DNA of 53,197 nt from Candidatus Dojkabacteria bacterium (GTDB lineage: Bacteria; Patescibacteriota; Dojkabacteria; GCA-002793355), in the NCBI GenBank assembly GCA_015489595.1, contig WFZK01000008.1:1-53197 (forward strand). The letters are read 5' to 3'. The notes under the pieces are model-generated. The model was not told the DNA's origin and did no database searches. It saw nothing but the letters and a program-made list of their open reading frames with translations. Within the stretch, counting starts at the first letter, position 1, and each line of letters starts with the position of its first letter. A program made the translations under genes and the position numbers. Shown in pieces: positions 24,374-32,700 of this stretch.

Positions 24374-25381
24374 ATGCTTGAACTGCGCTCGTATAGGAAT
24401 TTTTTAAGAAAGTTTGAGCTATTTTTGGAAGCTAGGATAAAGCAGCATTTCTTTCGAAGGTGTGTTGATCGTACGCTGTGTGAACAGGCCAAAGGGGCTA
24501 TCCTTAACGGGGGTAAAAGACTTAGACCTTATCTAGCTTATATTGCATATAATTTGCGTGCGCAGAAATGGACTTCTTCGATAGAGCTGCTAAGATTGGG
24601 AGTTGCACTTGAGGCCATCCATGCGTTTTTGCTGGTCCAGGACGATATTATGGACAGCGCCTATTTAAGGCGTGGCAACCCTGCAGTTTTTAGGGTGTTT
24701 GAAGAACAGTATCAAGATCTTCATACAGGAGAGTCGTTAGGAATTTTGACGAGCGATCTTATCTATAACTTTGCTTTAAAAACGCTTGCAGGAATGAAAA
24801 TTAAATTGCTAGAGGATGTGCTGGATTTTATCGACGATACCATAAACGGTCAGTATCTTGACGTTACCGCACCTTTTAAAGACTGGAGCGAGGAGACTGT
24901 GCTTAAGATCTATAAGCTAAAGACATCTAAATATTCTGTGATAATGCCACTTTCTTTGGGAGCGCGCCTTAGAGGTAGGAAACTTGATAGGTGGCTTGTT
25001 AAGTTTGCTGAGGCACTCGGGGTGGCATATCAGATCTCAGATGATATTATTGGAGCCTTTGGAGATAAGAAGCGTTCCGGCAAAGACGCTGATTCGGATT
25101 TTAAAGAGGGCAAAAGGACAATTTTGACGGTTTATGCCTATAATAAGCTTGAAGACCCTACAGAACTTACTAAGCTTTTAGGAGATCCAGAGTTAAGTGT
25201 AGTTGGCGCTGATAAGATTAGGGAGATCTTGAGAGAAACAGGAGCACTAGACTACGCTAAGGATTTGTTAGATAAATACTATGTGGATGCCTTAGAGAGC
25301 TTGAAAAGATCGAATATTAGTCCACGGGCTAAAGAAGAGCTAAGTCGGTTGGCAGAGTTTGTGGTAAAGAGAGATTATTAG
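24374..25381 (+). CDS. polyprenyl diphosphate synthase (trans-IPPS, GGPP/FPP synthase family)
   Basis: First Asp-rich motif LLVQDDIMDS and second motif YQISDDIIGAFGD. Confidence 0.85.
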   Translation: MLELRSYRNFLRKFELFLEARIKQHFFRRCVDRTLCEQAKGAILNGGKRLRPYLAYIAYNLRAQKWTSSIELLRLGVALEAIHAFLLVQDDIMDSAYLRRGNPAVFRVFEEQYQDLHTGESLGILTSDLIYNFALKTLAGMKIKLLEDVLDFIDDTINGQYLDVTAPFKDWSEETVLKIYKLKTSKYSVIMPLSLGARLRGRKLDRWLVKFAEALGVAYQISDDIIGAFGDKKRSGKDADSDFKEGKRTILTVYAYNKLEDPTELTKLLGDPELSVVGADKIREILRETGALDYAKDLLDKYYVDALESLKRSNISPRAKEELSRLAEFVVKRDY

Positions 25382-26176
25382 ATCCCACTGTTCTTTTGTA
25401 AGTTCACCTGGACGTTTGTTTAGGAGCTGCTCTGGAAGGTGTTGATCTTTGATTTTGCAGAGCATCTTAAAGATTTTACCTATTGTTTTTCTTTGGAAAT
25501 TGTAGAATTTTCTTATTATCTTTAACCGTTTTTCAGCCTCTTCTTGCTGCTTAAAGGTGAAACTTTGTTTTGGGATAATATCTATGACTGAGCTGTACAC
25601 CTGTGGCTTTGGAGAGAATGCACCTGGAGGGATGTGTTTGAGGATGGAGACATTAACCACGTAGGGGATGATGGACCAGTACAGCCAGTCGGTTCTGTTT
25701 GGGGAGGGGAGGTAGCGTTCGGCTACCTCCTTTTGAATTATGAATCTGAGTCTTTTAAGGATAGAGCCTTGCTGATTAAGAGCTGGGATCTGTCTTAGGC
25801 TCCATTGGATGATGCGTTTGCTTATGTTGTATGGCAAAGATCCGTATATGTAGAGGTCGGTGGGGTGTTTGAGAAGAGAAGGCAGAGAAACCGTAAGCAC
25901 GTCTTGATTGATTAGGTGGATCCAGTGATACTTCTGGGTTAGTTGCTTAAGCTTTGGGGTAAGGCGAGGATCAATTTCGATTAGGATAAGCTCTTTTTTG
26001 TTTTTTAGCTTAAGAAGAGTCTCTATTGTGGGAAGAGTAAGGATCCCTAGGCCTGGGCCTATTTCAATTACAGTTATGGATCCATCAGATTTAAGCTCGT
26101 CCGGAGAAAATAGGGCCTCTTGAACTGGGTGTTTGAGGAAGTTTTGTCCGAGCGATTTTTTAGGGTAAAATCCCAT
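25340..26176 (-). CDS. rsmA: 16S rRNA (adenine1518/1519-N6)-dimethyltransferase
   Basis: KKSLGQNFLKHP, VIEIGPGLGILT and LPYNIS. Confidence 0.85.
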   Translation of the reverse strand: MGFYPKKSLGQNFLKHPVQEALFSPDELKSDGSITVIEIGPGLGILTLPTIETLLKLKNKKELILIEIDPRLTPKLKQLTQKYHWIHLINQDVLTVSLPSLLKHPTDLYIYGSLPYNISKRIIQWSLRQIPALNQQGSILKRLRFIIQKEVAERYLPSPNRTDWLYWSIIPYVVNVSILKHIPPGAFSPKPQVYSSVIDIIPKQSFTFKQQEEAEKRLKIIRKFYNFQRKTIGKIFKMLCKIKDQHLPEQLLNKRPGELTKEQWDLIISLYHKLCQPT

Positions 26177-26182
26177 AGTAAG

Positions 26183-26191
26183 ATTATAGCA
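26183..26191 (-). promoter_or_regulatory. extended -10 (TGCTATAAT, minus strand), 6 nt before the rsmA ATG
   Basis: The minus strand reads tgcTATAATcttactATG. Confidence 0.5.
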
Positions 26192-26192
26192 G

Positions 26193-26954
26193 GTGAGAGT
26201 GGGAGGACTTCCTGGACAAGGGGAGGTGGTAGAGGTATCCGAACCGCTAGGTCGTGAGGGTAGAACAAGAAAGAACGGGCAAGAACGATTTGAGATTCCG
26301 GGGCCTCGTTTGTTAAATTCTGTGGTAGTGCAGTTTCCGGATAGAGGAGATGAGTCTAATTTAGGGGCGGCGATAGGGGAATTTTGGCCAGAGCTCCCTC
26401 TAGAGGCCAGGAATTTACTACTACGATTATTGGGTAGTTATGATTTAGCTATACTTGTTGATGCAGGGACAGCTGTTGAATCAGAGGAGCCCTTGGGCGC
26501 GGGTATGCCTCAACGATCTTTTACTGCTCTTGTACCGAAGCGGATTCTTACGGTGGTGCCATCGGGGTGGGCGCAAGGATTTGTCTCTACCTTGAGGGCT
26601 TACGTTGTGGGGGAATTGTATGGAACGTTATGGAGGAGCATATCTAAAAGTTTAGAGAAAAACGGTAATCGGCCACTTCTCTCAGAGGGTTATTTTTTGC
26701 TGGGGTTACAGTGGATCGATACAGTAGAAGTCATTATGGCAGATGTAATCAAAGTGGATGCGGAAGAGGGGAAGGGTAGTGTGAGACCTCTTGTTCTTAT
26801 GCAGGTTAAGGTAAGTAGAGACGGAGTTTATGTAGTGGAGCTTGAAGAGGATAGTCGAGCCCAAATACTTAAGGAGCGGCGATCCCCTGATGATGTTTAC
26901 CAGATCTTTGCAACCTTTCTAAGGCTTGCTCGTATGTTTGCAATGGGGAGTTGA
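26193..26954 (+). CDS. hypothetical protein (ORFan); GTG start uncertain
   Basis: 253-aa ORF with no motif recognised. It ends 20 nt from the 3' end of the minus-strand initiator tRNA. Confidence 0.45.
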   Translation: MRVGGLPGQGEVVEVSEPLGREGRTRKNGQERFEIPGPRLLNSVVVQFPDRGDESNLGAAIGEFWPELPLEARNLLLRLLGSYDLAILVDAGTAVESEEPLGAGMPQRSFTALVPKRILTVVPSGWAQGFVSTLRAYVVGELYGTLWRSISKSLEKNGNRPLLSEGYFLLGLQWIDTVEVIMADVIKVDAEEGKGSVRPLVLMQVKVSRDGVYVVELEEDSRAQILKERRSPDDVYQIFATFLRLARMFAMGS

Positions 26955-26974
26955 GACTTAAACAAAGTTTCCCT

Positions 26975-27046
26975 TCGCGGGGGGTGGATTCGAACCACCA
27001 ACCTCCGGGTTATGGGCCCGGCGAGCTGCCATTGCTCCACCCCGCA
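26975..27046 (-). tRNA. initiator tRNA-fMet, anticodon CAU
   Basis: The minus strand reads TGCGGGG-TG-GAGC-AATGGCA-GCTC-G-CCGGG-CCCATAA-CCCGG-AGGTT-GGTGG-TTCGAAT-CCACC-CCCCGCG-A. Initiator hallmarks are three G-C pairs at 29-31/39-41 and A11-U24. The 1-72 pair is a weak U-G. The sequence is very similar to E. coli tRNA-fMet. Confidence 0.85.
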
Positions 27047-27053
27047 GTGAAGT

Positions 27054-27062
27054 ATTATAGCA
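27054..27062 (-). promoter_or_regulatory. extended -10 (TGCTATAAT, minus strand), 7 nt before nucleotide 1 of tRNA-fMet
   Basis: The minus strand reads tgcTATAATacttcac, then the tRNA 5' end. Confidence 0.45.
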
Positions 27063-27092
27063 TATGTTTCTTGCAGTTCTTTGGGTCTGCAC

Positions 27093-27138
27093 GGGAGTGG
27101 GGCAGAAACTGGCTTTTTCGATTTCTCCCCCAGCCCCG
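27093..27138. repeat. degenerate A-type hairpin
   Basis: gtggggcagaaactggctttttcgatttctcccccagcccc forms an imperfect stem. Confidence 0.45.
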
Positions 27139-27402
27139 CGCACCTCTTTGCAGTTTTTCTGAATATCTATCTTTGTTTTGATTAGGAGTAGTTTGTTTGT
27201 CCGTCGTGGAGACTGTATCTAAACATTTCATACGTGATAAGAGGCTTAAGGGGTGAGTATGCATAGACTCTGTGTCAAGCACTAATAGTGAAGATTTAGG
27301 AGCTAGGATAAAATTTGGAAAAAGGTCGGTTTTGCTCCACGCCTATCTAATGTCGAGATTAGTGTAGCTTAGTATACTAATCTTTAAATTTTTAGTATAT
27401 TA

Positions 27403-27411
27403 TGGTATACT
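27403..27411 (+). promoter_or_regulatory. extended -10 (TGGTATACT), 7 nt before ATG 27419
   Basis: Sequence reads tggTATACTaatcttgATG. The 13-mer gtatactaatctt also occurs at 27372-27384. Confidence 0.4.
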
Positions 27412-27418
27412 AATCTTG

Positions 27419-28678
27419 ATGCCAGGTGTGGACACATTAATACTGCAAAACCCATGGTGGAAGACCTCACGTGTTCCTGAGGTGTTTTTGGGTAGAAGGA
27501 GAAAAGAATTCTATCGTAAGATACAGAAGTTTTTACCTCTCAGGCAGATCCTTTTAATCTATGGGCTAAGAAGAACAGGAAAAACAACTTTTTTATATCA
27601 GCTTATTCAGGATTTCTTAAATAGTGGTGTGGATCCGCGTCATATCTTGTATTTTTCGTTTGATGAAAAAGTGCTTAATTTAAAACAGCTTCTAAATACC
27701 TATGAGACTTATATTTTAAAACAGCCGATCACCGAAGAATCTAGAATCTACATGTTCCTAGATGAAATACAAAAGTTATCAGATTGGCAAGATCAGGTCA
27801 AACTCATCTATGATAGATTTCCTAAGATAAAGATATTTTTGTCTGGCTCAGCGTCTGTTAATCTTCAGAGAAATGTACGCGAGAGTTTAGCAGGTAGGGT
27901 ATTTGAGTTTGAGTTTCCTCCTTTAAGCTTTGGGGAATTTTTGGAATGGAAAAAAGCTAAAGTTGGAGATCTGCATAAGAAAGAGTTAAAGCTCCTGGCC
28001 CGTGAGTATGTGTTAAAAGGAGGGTTCCCGGAGATTATAGGTGAGCAAAGCAGCGAGGTCATTCGTATGTATCTTAAAAGTTCAGTACTTTATAAAATCT
28101 TGGAACAAGACTTACCTGCTGTATTTGGTTTGCGAGATCCTGAATTTTTAAAGGCTCTTGTTGAGTACCTTTTCTCCCAGCCCGGTAGCATTATAAATTA
28201 TGATTCTTTAAGCTCCCATTTCGGGCGAAGTAAGGTAACCGTGATTAATTATGTGTTTTATTTAAAGTATGCGTTACTAGTCCGTGAGGTTAGAAATTTT
28301 AGACCCAATTTGCTTCTTGCCTCTAGAAAAGGAAGGAAACTTTACCCTTACAATCCTGCTTTTTGTTTTGTCTATATTCCGGAGGACCAGTTTTTTAAGA
28401 GAGCTTTAGAAACAGCAGTGGCTTATGCGCTTTCGGCAAGGTACTATTACAGGAATCGTTTCGAGGTAGACTTCGTTTTAAGAAAACAGAATAGGCTTTA
28501 TCCGGTAGAGGTAAAAGCAGGTGAGCCTGATGTTAGCCAGGTAGCGAAGTTTTTGAAAAAGTTCGGAGGTAGTAAAGGTTATGTAGTGACAGAAGACTAT
28601 GAAGAGGTTTGGGGAAACATAGAGATTCTGCCTCTTTGGAAGGTGATGTTAGAAGGGGTGGGGGCGGAATTTGTTTAA
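27419..28678 (+). CDS. AAA+ ATPase with a C-terminal PD-(D/E)xK-like domain (DUF4143-type), paralog of 17972-19135
   Basis: Walker A LIYGLRRTGKTTFL, Walker B MFLDEIQ, and C-terminal FEVDFVLR...YPVEVKAG. Confidence 0.7.
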   Translation: MPGVDTLILQNPWWKTSRVPEVFLGRRRKEFYRKIQKFLPLRQILLIYGLRRTGKTTFLYQLIQDFLNSGVDPRHILYFSFDEKVLNLKQLLNTYETYILKQPITEESRIYMFLDEIQKLSDWQDQVKLIYDRFPKIKIFLSGSASVNLQRNVRESLAGRVFEFEFPPLSFGEFLEWKKAKVGDLHKKELKLLAREYVLKGGFPEIIGEQSSEVIRMYLKSSVLYKILEQDLPAVFGLRDPEFLKALVEYLFSQPGSIINYDSLSSHFGRSKVTVINYVFYLKYALLVREVRNFRPNLLLASRKGRKLYPYNPAFCFVYIPEDQFFKRALETAVAYALSARYYYRNRFEVDFVLRKQNRLYPVEVKAGEPDVSQVAKFLKKFGGSKGYVVTEDYEEVWGNIEILPLWKVMLEGVGAEFV

Positions 28679-28700
28679 ACAAATTCCGCCCCCACCCCTT
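28653..28700. repeat. 48-nt perfect palindrome centred on the ATPase stop codon
   Basis: aaggggtgggggcggaatttgttt|aaacaaattccgcccccacccctt. The TAA stop at 28676-28678 spans the centre. Confidence 0.9.
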
Positions 28701-28744
28701 AAAATAGGTTCTCTGGGCGGTTGTGGAGGCTCTATGAGGGACTT

Positions 28745-29137
28745 TTACTTGTCTTTGTGTCCTACTGTCAGCAACTTAAGCCACATTTTGTATGGTGGAG
28801 GTGGAGACGGTGTCGGTGTAGGTGTTGTGTTGGGCAGCTGCTGTGTAAAGATTACGAGCTTCTCTCCGGGTTTGTAATAATTTAAGCTATTGCGCAGCTG
28901 TTGTTCTAGATAAAACGGCGATGTGACGTAATCTAGCTCATTCTGTTTTTTGATGATTTGGACATATTGCTTCTGAAGCTGTTTAAAACGCGGGCGATAA
29001 AGGCTTATCATGTAAAGGGAGGCTTTAATGCTTTTGTATGAATTGTAAATAAGTATGCTTGAGACGATTAGGAGTAGTAGCGTGGTTATAATGTTCTGGA
29101 AGCTGGGCTTGGTTTTAGGCTTTCTGGGCAAGACCAT
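28745..29137 (-). CDS. septum formation initiator family protein (FtsB/DivIC-like) with a P/T-rich tail
   Basis: N-terminal TM TTLLLLIVSSILIY, a coiled-coil segment, YLEQQLRNSLNYYKPGEKLVIF, and the tail TPTPTPSPPPP. Confidence 0.55.
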   Translation of the reverse strand: MVLPRKPKTKPSFQNIITTLLLLIVSSILIYNSYKSIKASLYMISLYRPRFKQLQKQYVQIIKKQNELDYVTSPFYLEQQLRNSLNYYKPGEKLVIFTQQLPNTTPTPTPSPPPPYKMWLKLLTVGHKDK

Positions 29138-32100
29138 AGGATTTTAGTTTTTCAAGTAACGTAAAGAGGGCATCAGGATAGTTGGCTTTGTCCATCTGGG
29201 TTTCTAGCCATGCCGTAAAATCGACTGAGATAAGGTCAGGGTAGTGTTTTTCAAGATAACTAAAAGTGGTTATGCCTTTTTTGGTTGGTATTAGTCTGCC
29301 TTTTCTGTCAATTATGTATCCACGCGTAAGGAGGGTTTTTATAATTATGGCATAGGTTGAAGGTCTGCCTAGGCCTAGCTCTTGCATCTTCTCGATTATT
29401 TGTGCGTATGTGTATGGTTTGTAACGAGGCTTGTAGTTTAGGCTCGCTGGGGCTTTAATTGTCTTTTGGTCGTTAAGGGCTGTGATCGGTTTGGGTTTAA
29501 GATATCCTATGGCGTAGAACCCTGGATCTATCACTTCTACTGTGACTTCGTCTTCGGCAAGTTTCTGGTTATTGTAATAGACTTGAATTTTTGCTTTTTT
29601 TATCTTTGCTTTTTGAGCTTGGGAGGTGATAAATCTTTGAAGAATTAGATTGTACAATTTAATGTGTTGGGAGCTTAACGGTAGTTCGTGGCTAAGCAGA
29701 GGTTTTGTAGGACGGATGCACTCGTGGGTGCCTGGAGTGCCGAAGGGGCGGGGCGCGGCGCGCGCGCCGCGCCCCGCCAGCTTAATAAGCTGGATGGCAA
29801 GGTTACGGCCCGCTTTGGACACGTACGTAGAATCGGTTCGGTGGTATGTGATGTAGCCTTGTTCGAATAGATCTTGGGCAAGCTCCATCGTTTTAGAGGA
29901 GGGGAACCTCAGTCTTCTAAATGCCTCCTTTAAAAGCTCGGCTGTGCTAAACGGCGGGGGTGGAGCTTGCTCCTTTTGGCTTACTCCTACAACTTTAATC
30001 TCTACTTCTTTTATAGGTTCGTTGGGGTTATCTTCAAGCCAGTATTGTAAGATTTGATCTTGTAGCTTAATCTCAAGTTGAGGATACTTCTGCTTTGTTT
30101 GTTCGAAACGCTGTATTATTAAACCTAGAACCGGGGTTTGCACACGACCGGCCGAAAGATTTTTCTCTTTGAACTGTTCCTGAAGTTTTTCGCTTAGAGC
30201 AAAGCCTACCCAACGGTCAGCTATTCGTCTGGTTAATTGCCCTGCAACTTTGGTTGTATCCGTATCGCGCAGGTTTTGGAGCTGTTTTAGGAACTCTGAT
30301 GGAGTTATCTCGTGCAGCTCCATGCGCTTTACATTTGGGTTAAGAGGGTGAAGATAAAGCTTAAGATCGTAGGCTATTTTTTCACCTTCAGTATCAGGAT
30401 CTGTGGTTATATAAACAGAATCAGTATAGTATGCTAAAAGCCTTAGCTCGTCGATTATGTCCTTCTTGGTTAGGAAGCGTTTGCTTCCACATATAGGACA
30501 CACGGTGGTTTCTGTATCTACTTTTCTGCCGCACTTTGCACACATTTTGATTGGACAGAACCAAGGGATAAGTTCGGGTTTAAGAAGGGTGCCGTAATAA
30601 CCAGGGTTGTGTTTAAGATCAGTTATATGGCCTGCTGAAGCGGTGATGATAAAAGTTTTGTTGCCTAAGCTGGCCTCGTAGGCATAAATGTTACCGTACT
30701 GTTTCTTTGCAGGTTTTGAGAAGAATCCCGCGAGAGTTTTTGCTTTGGTCGGAGACTCCACGATCACTAGAACTGTTTCTACTAGGTCAGGTAGATGTTT
30801 AGCTTTGGTCTGTTTTTTTAGTTTTTCTCTTTCTTTTAAGATTTTTTCAAGTATATTGTTAAGCTTCTCTTCAGATAGAGTGCTCATATCTTTAAACTCT
30901 GCGGCAAGGCCCGTTTTTCTAAGGTGTTCAAGCAGCAAGGATATAGGTTTTTCAGATGTGTCGATGATGCAGGAGAGTCCTAGGGTCAGACCGAATGGGC
31001 TTAGCCTGCTTGTCCTGCCTGATGCTTGGATGTATGTTTTTGTGTCTGGGATAAGTGCAAATCTTCTCTGGTCTTTCTTTACGCAAGGGAAAGGAAAGGT
31101 TGGTAAGGTGCAGTCTGTCTGTTTGAGCAGTGTGCTGATAAGGTCCGCTACTGGTTCTATCTTTTTGCGAAGCGTTGGGTTATTCTCTACAAATGTTTTA
31201 GAGAGATTAAGGTATGGTTCTAATTGTTTTCTTAGCTTAAGATAATCTTTAAGTGCTAAAACTCGAGCGCGGGTCAGTACTGAGGCTAGAAACAGGAGCC
31301 TTTTAGGCGAGAGGGTTACTTCAAGGGGTACTCTTAAGATAGGCGTTCCGACAAAAACAGCGTGCTTTATAACTTCTGGAAGGTTTACCCCTCTAACGAG
31401 TGGATTTTTGGGATTAGCTTTAGTTACCACTGCTGCATATTCTCCGTTTTCGAACTGTTCTAGTTTGTTTTCGAACTCATCATAGGTTAATACTGCGATG
31501 TTGTTGGTTTTAAGGACCTCTACGGTTTTATCAAAATCATACGGTTCAGATACGAATACAATTGTTCCTGAGTTAAGTTTTTTTACAATTCTGGCCGTTT
31601 CTTTATAGGGGTCCTGAGTGATCTTGTATAGGTCGATAATGTTGCGCAGAGTGGTGTTGGTTGATCCTAGCTCAAAGTTAAGTAGCTCTCTAAATAGCTT
31701 GATTTTGTTGGTTTTAGGGACAAAGGTCGCTGATGCTGAGATTATTTGGGTGTTTTTTCTCTTGATCTTTCTTTTTAGCTTTTCTGCTAGATCAAATTTA
31801 CCGTAAGCTTTAAGCTTAATTATCTTTTTGGCAAGATCAATATCATCGATAGAGAAACCAGCTAGCATTAAAACTTTTTCTATATTTGAAGCCTGTCTTA
31901 AAAGGGAGTCAGCATCGTCAATAAAGATAAATTGGAAATCACGCGGTAGCTTGTCAAAATTTTTGTGCATAAAGGCGGTGGTTGTGACTAGAATGTCTAT
32001 GTTTTCGGGGTGGTTAAGTAGAGCTTGTTTGTCTTGTTTTGTGAGAACTCCTAGGATCTTTTTACCTACGCGGTTGTACTTAGTTAGCCTTTCAGCCACC

Positions 32101-32495
32101 TGTTTTACCAATACCCTGGTGGGTACTATGTAGTATGTTTTTCTGATGGTAAAGAGGCTGTAGAGGATACCGAAGGTGGTTTTGCCAAGTCCGGTTGGAG
32201 CAAGGATAGCAAAGCTTTCATGGTTCAGGGCCCTTTTGACCCAATATTTAAGGAGTCTGAAAGGCTCCGCTTTTAGGGCGTCTTTAGCAAACTTTATGAA
32301 GTGATCTAGTCTCACTTCGAGTTCGCATATGTCATGTGTGGCGGGGATTGTTTGGCATAGATGCTTTTTTAATAACTCTGAGTATGAAAGTTCGTGTTTG
32401 TTGCAGGCCCCTTTTTCTAAGATCTCAGTGTTTTCCGCGGCTGAGCCGCAGACGGGACAGAGAAGATCGTAAAGGATTTTAGGCTCAGGTTGCAT
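29115..32495 (-). CDS. rgy: reverse gyrase (helicase-like domain fused to type IA topoisomerase)
   Basis: N-terminal Zn finger CPVCG...C. Helicase motifs are I (LAPTGLGKTTFG), II (FIDDADS) and VI (QASGRTSR). Toprim motif is VIVESPTKAKTL. There is an internal Zn ribbon (CAKCG...CPICG), the topo IA active site GYITYHRTDSTYVS, and THECIRPT. Length is 1126 aa. Confidence 0.9.
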   Translation of the reverse strand: MQPEPKILYDLLCPVCGSAAENTEILEKGACNKHELSYSELLKKHLCQTIPATHDICELEVRLDHFIKFAKDALKAEPFRLLKYWVKRALNHESFAILAPTGLGKTTFGILYSLFTIRKTYYIVPTRVLVKQVAERLTKYNRVGKKILGVLTKQDKQALLNHPENIDILVTTTAFMHKNFDKLPRDFQFIFIDDADSLLRQASNIEKVLMLAGFSIDDIDLAKKIIKLKAYGKFDLAEKLKRKIKRKNTQIISASATFVPKTNKIKLFRELLNFELGSTNTTLRNIIDLYKITQDPYKETARIVKKLNSGTIVFVSEPYDFDKTVEVLKTNNIAVLTYDEFENKLEQFENGEYAAVVTKANPKNPLVRGVNLPEVIKHAVFVGTPILRVPLEVTLSPKRLLFLASVLTRARVLALKDYLKLRKQLEPYLNLSKTFVENNPTLRKKIEPVADLISTLLKQTDCTLPTFPFPCVKKDQRRFALIPDTKTYIQASGRTSRLSPFGLTLGLSCIIDTSEKPISLLLEHLRKTGLAAEFKDMSTLSEEKLNNILEKILKEREKLKKQTKAKHLPDLVETVLVIVESPTKAKTLAGFFSKPAKKQYGNIYAYEASLGNKTFIITASAGHITDLKHNPGYYGTLLKPELIPWFCPIKMCAKCGRKVDTETTVCPICGSKRFLTKKDIIDELRLLAYYTDSVYITTDPDTEGEKIAYDLKLYLHPLNPNVKRMELHEITPSEFLKQLQNLRDTDTTKVAGQLTRRIADRWVGFALSEKLQEQFKEKNLSAGRVQTPVLGLIIQRFEQTKQKYPQLEIKLQDQILQYWLEDNPNEPIKEVEIKVVGVSQKEQAPPPPFSTAELLKEAFRRLRFPSSKTMELAQDLFEQGYITYHRTDSTYVSKAGRNLAIQLIKLAGRGARAAPRPFGTPGTHECIRPTKPLLSHELPLSSQHIKLYNLILQRFITSQAQKAKIKKAKIQVYYNNQKLAEDEVTVEVIDPGFYAIGYLKPKPITALNDQKTIKAPASLNYKPRYKPYTYAQIIEKMQELGLGRPSTYAIIIKTLLTRGYIIDRKGRLIPTKKGITTFSYLEKHYPDLISVDFTAWLETQMDKANYPDALFTLLEKLKSYGLAQKA
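29747..29778. repeat. 32-nt perfect G/C-only palindrome inside rgy, in frame
   Basis: ggcggggcgcggcgcg|cgcgccgcgccccgcc encodes AGRGARAAPRP just upstream of the conserved THECIRPT motif. Confidence 0.9.
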
Positions 32496-32500
32496 GTACT

Positions 32501-32506
32501 ATTATA
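32501..32506 (-). promoter_or_regulatory. -10 box TATAAT (minus strand), 5 nt before the rgy ATG
   Basis: The minus strand reads cgcTATAATagtacATG. Confidence 0.45.
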
Positions 32507-32535
32507 GCGTTAAAGGGTGATGGATCTATTAAGTG

Positions 32536-32674
32536 GGCCTTTAGCGAAAATCGGTTTTTGCTAAAGGCCATGGATTACCATCACTCTGGCCGTTTTAAAT
32601 TATCTATTTGGCAGGTGATCTCCTACGACGGGGGCGGGGGGAAAATCGACTTTTTTGATTTTCGCCCCGCCCCC
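32536..32674 (+). repeat. mosaic repeat copy (hairpin A 32536-32569, short core, G-rich hairpin 32629-32674)
   Basis: ggcctttagcgaaaa/ttttgctaaaggcc, the core ccatcactctggccgttttaaattatc, and gggggcgggggggaaaatcga/tgattttcgccccgccccc. Confidence 0.8.
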
Positions 32675-32688
32675 AGTGGCTTTTTGAG

Positions 32689-32694
32689 TATAAT
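32689..32694 (+). promoter_or_regulatory. -10 box TATAAT, 6 nt before ATG 32701
   Basis: Sequence reads gagTATAATtgtactATG. Confidence 0.45.
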
Positions 32695-32700
32695 TGTACT

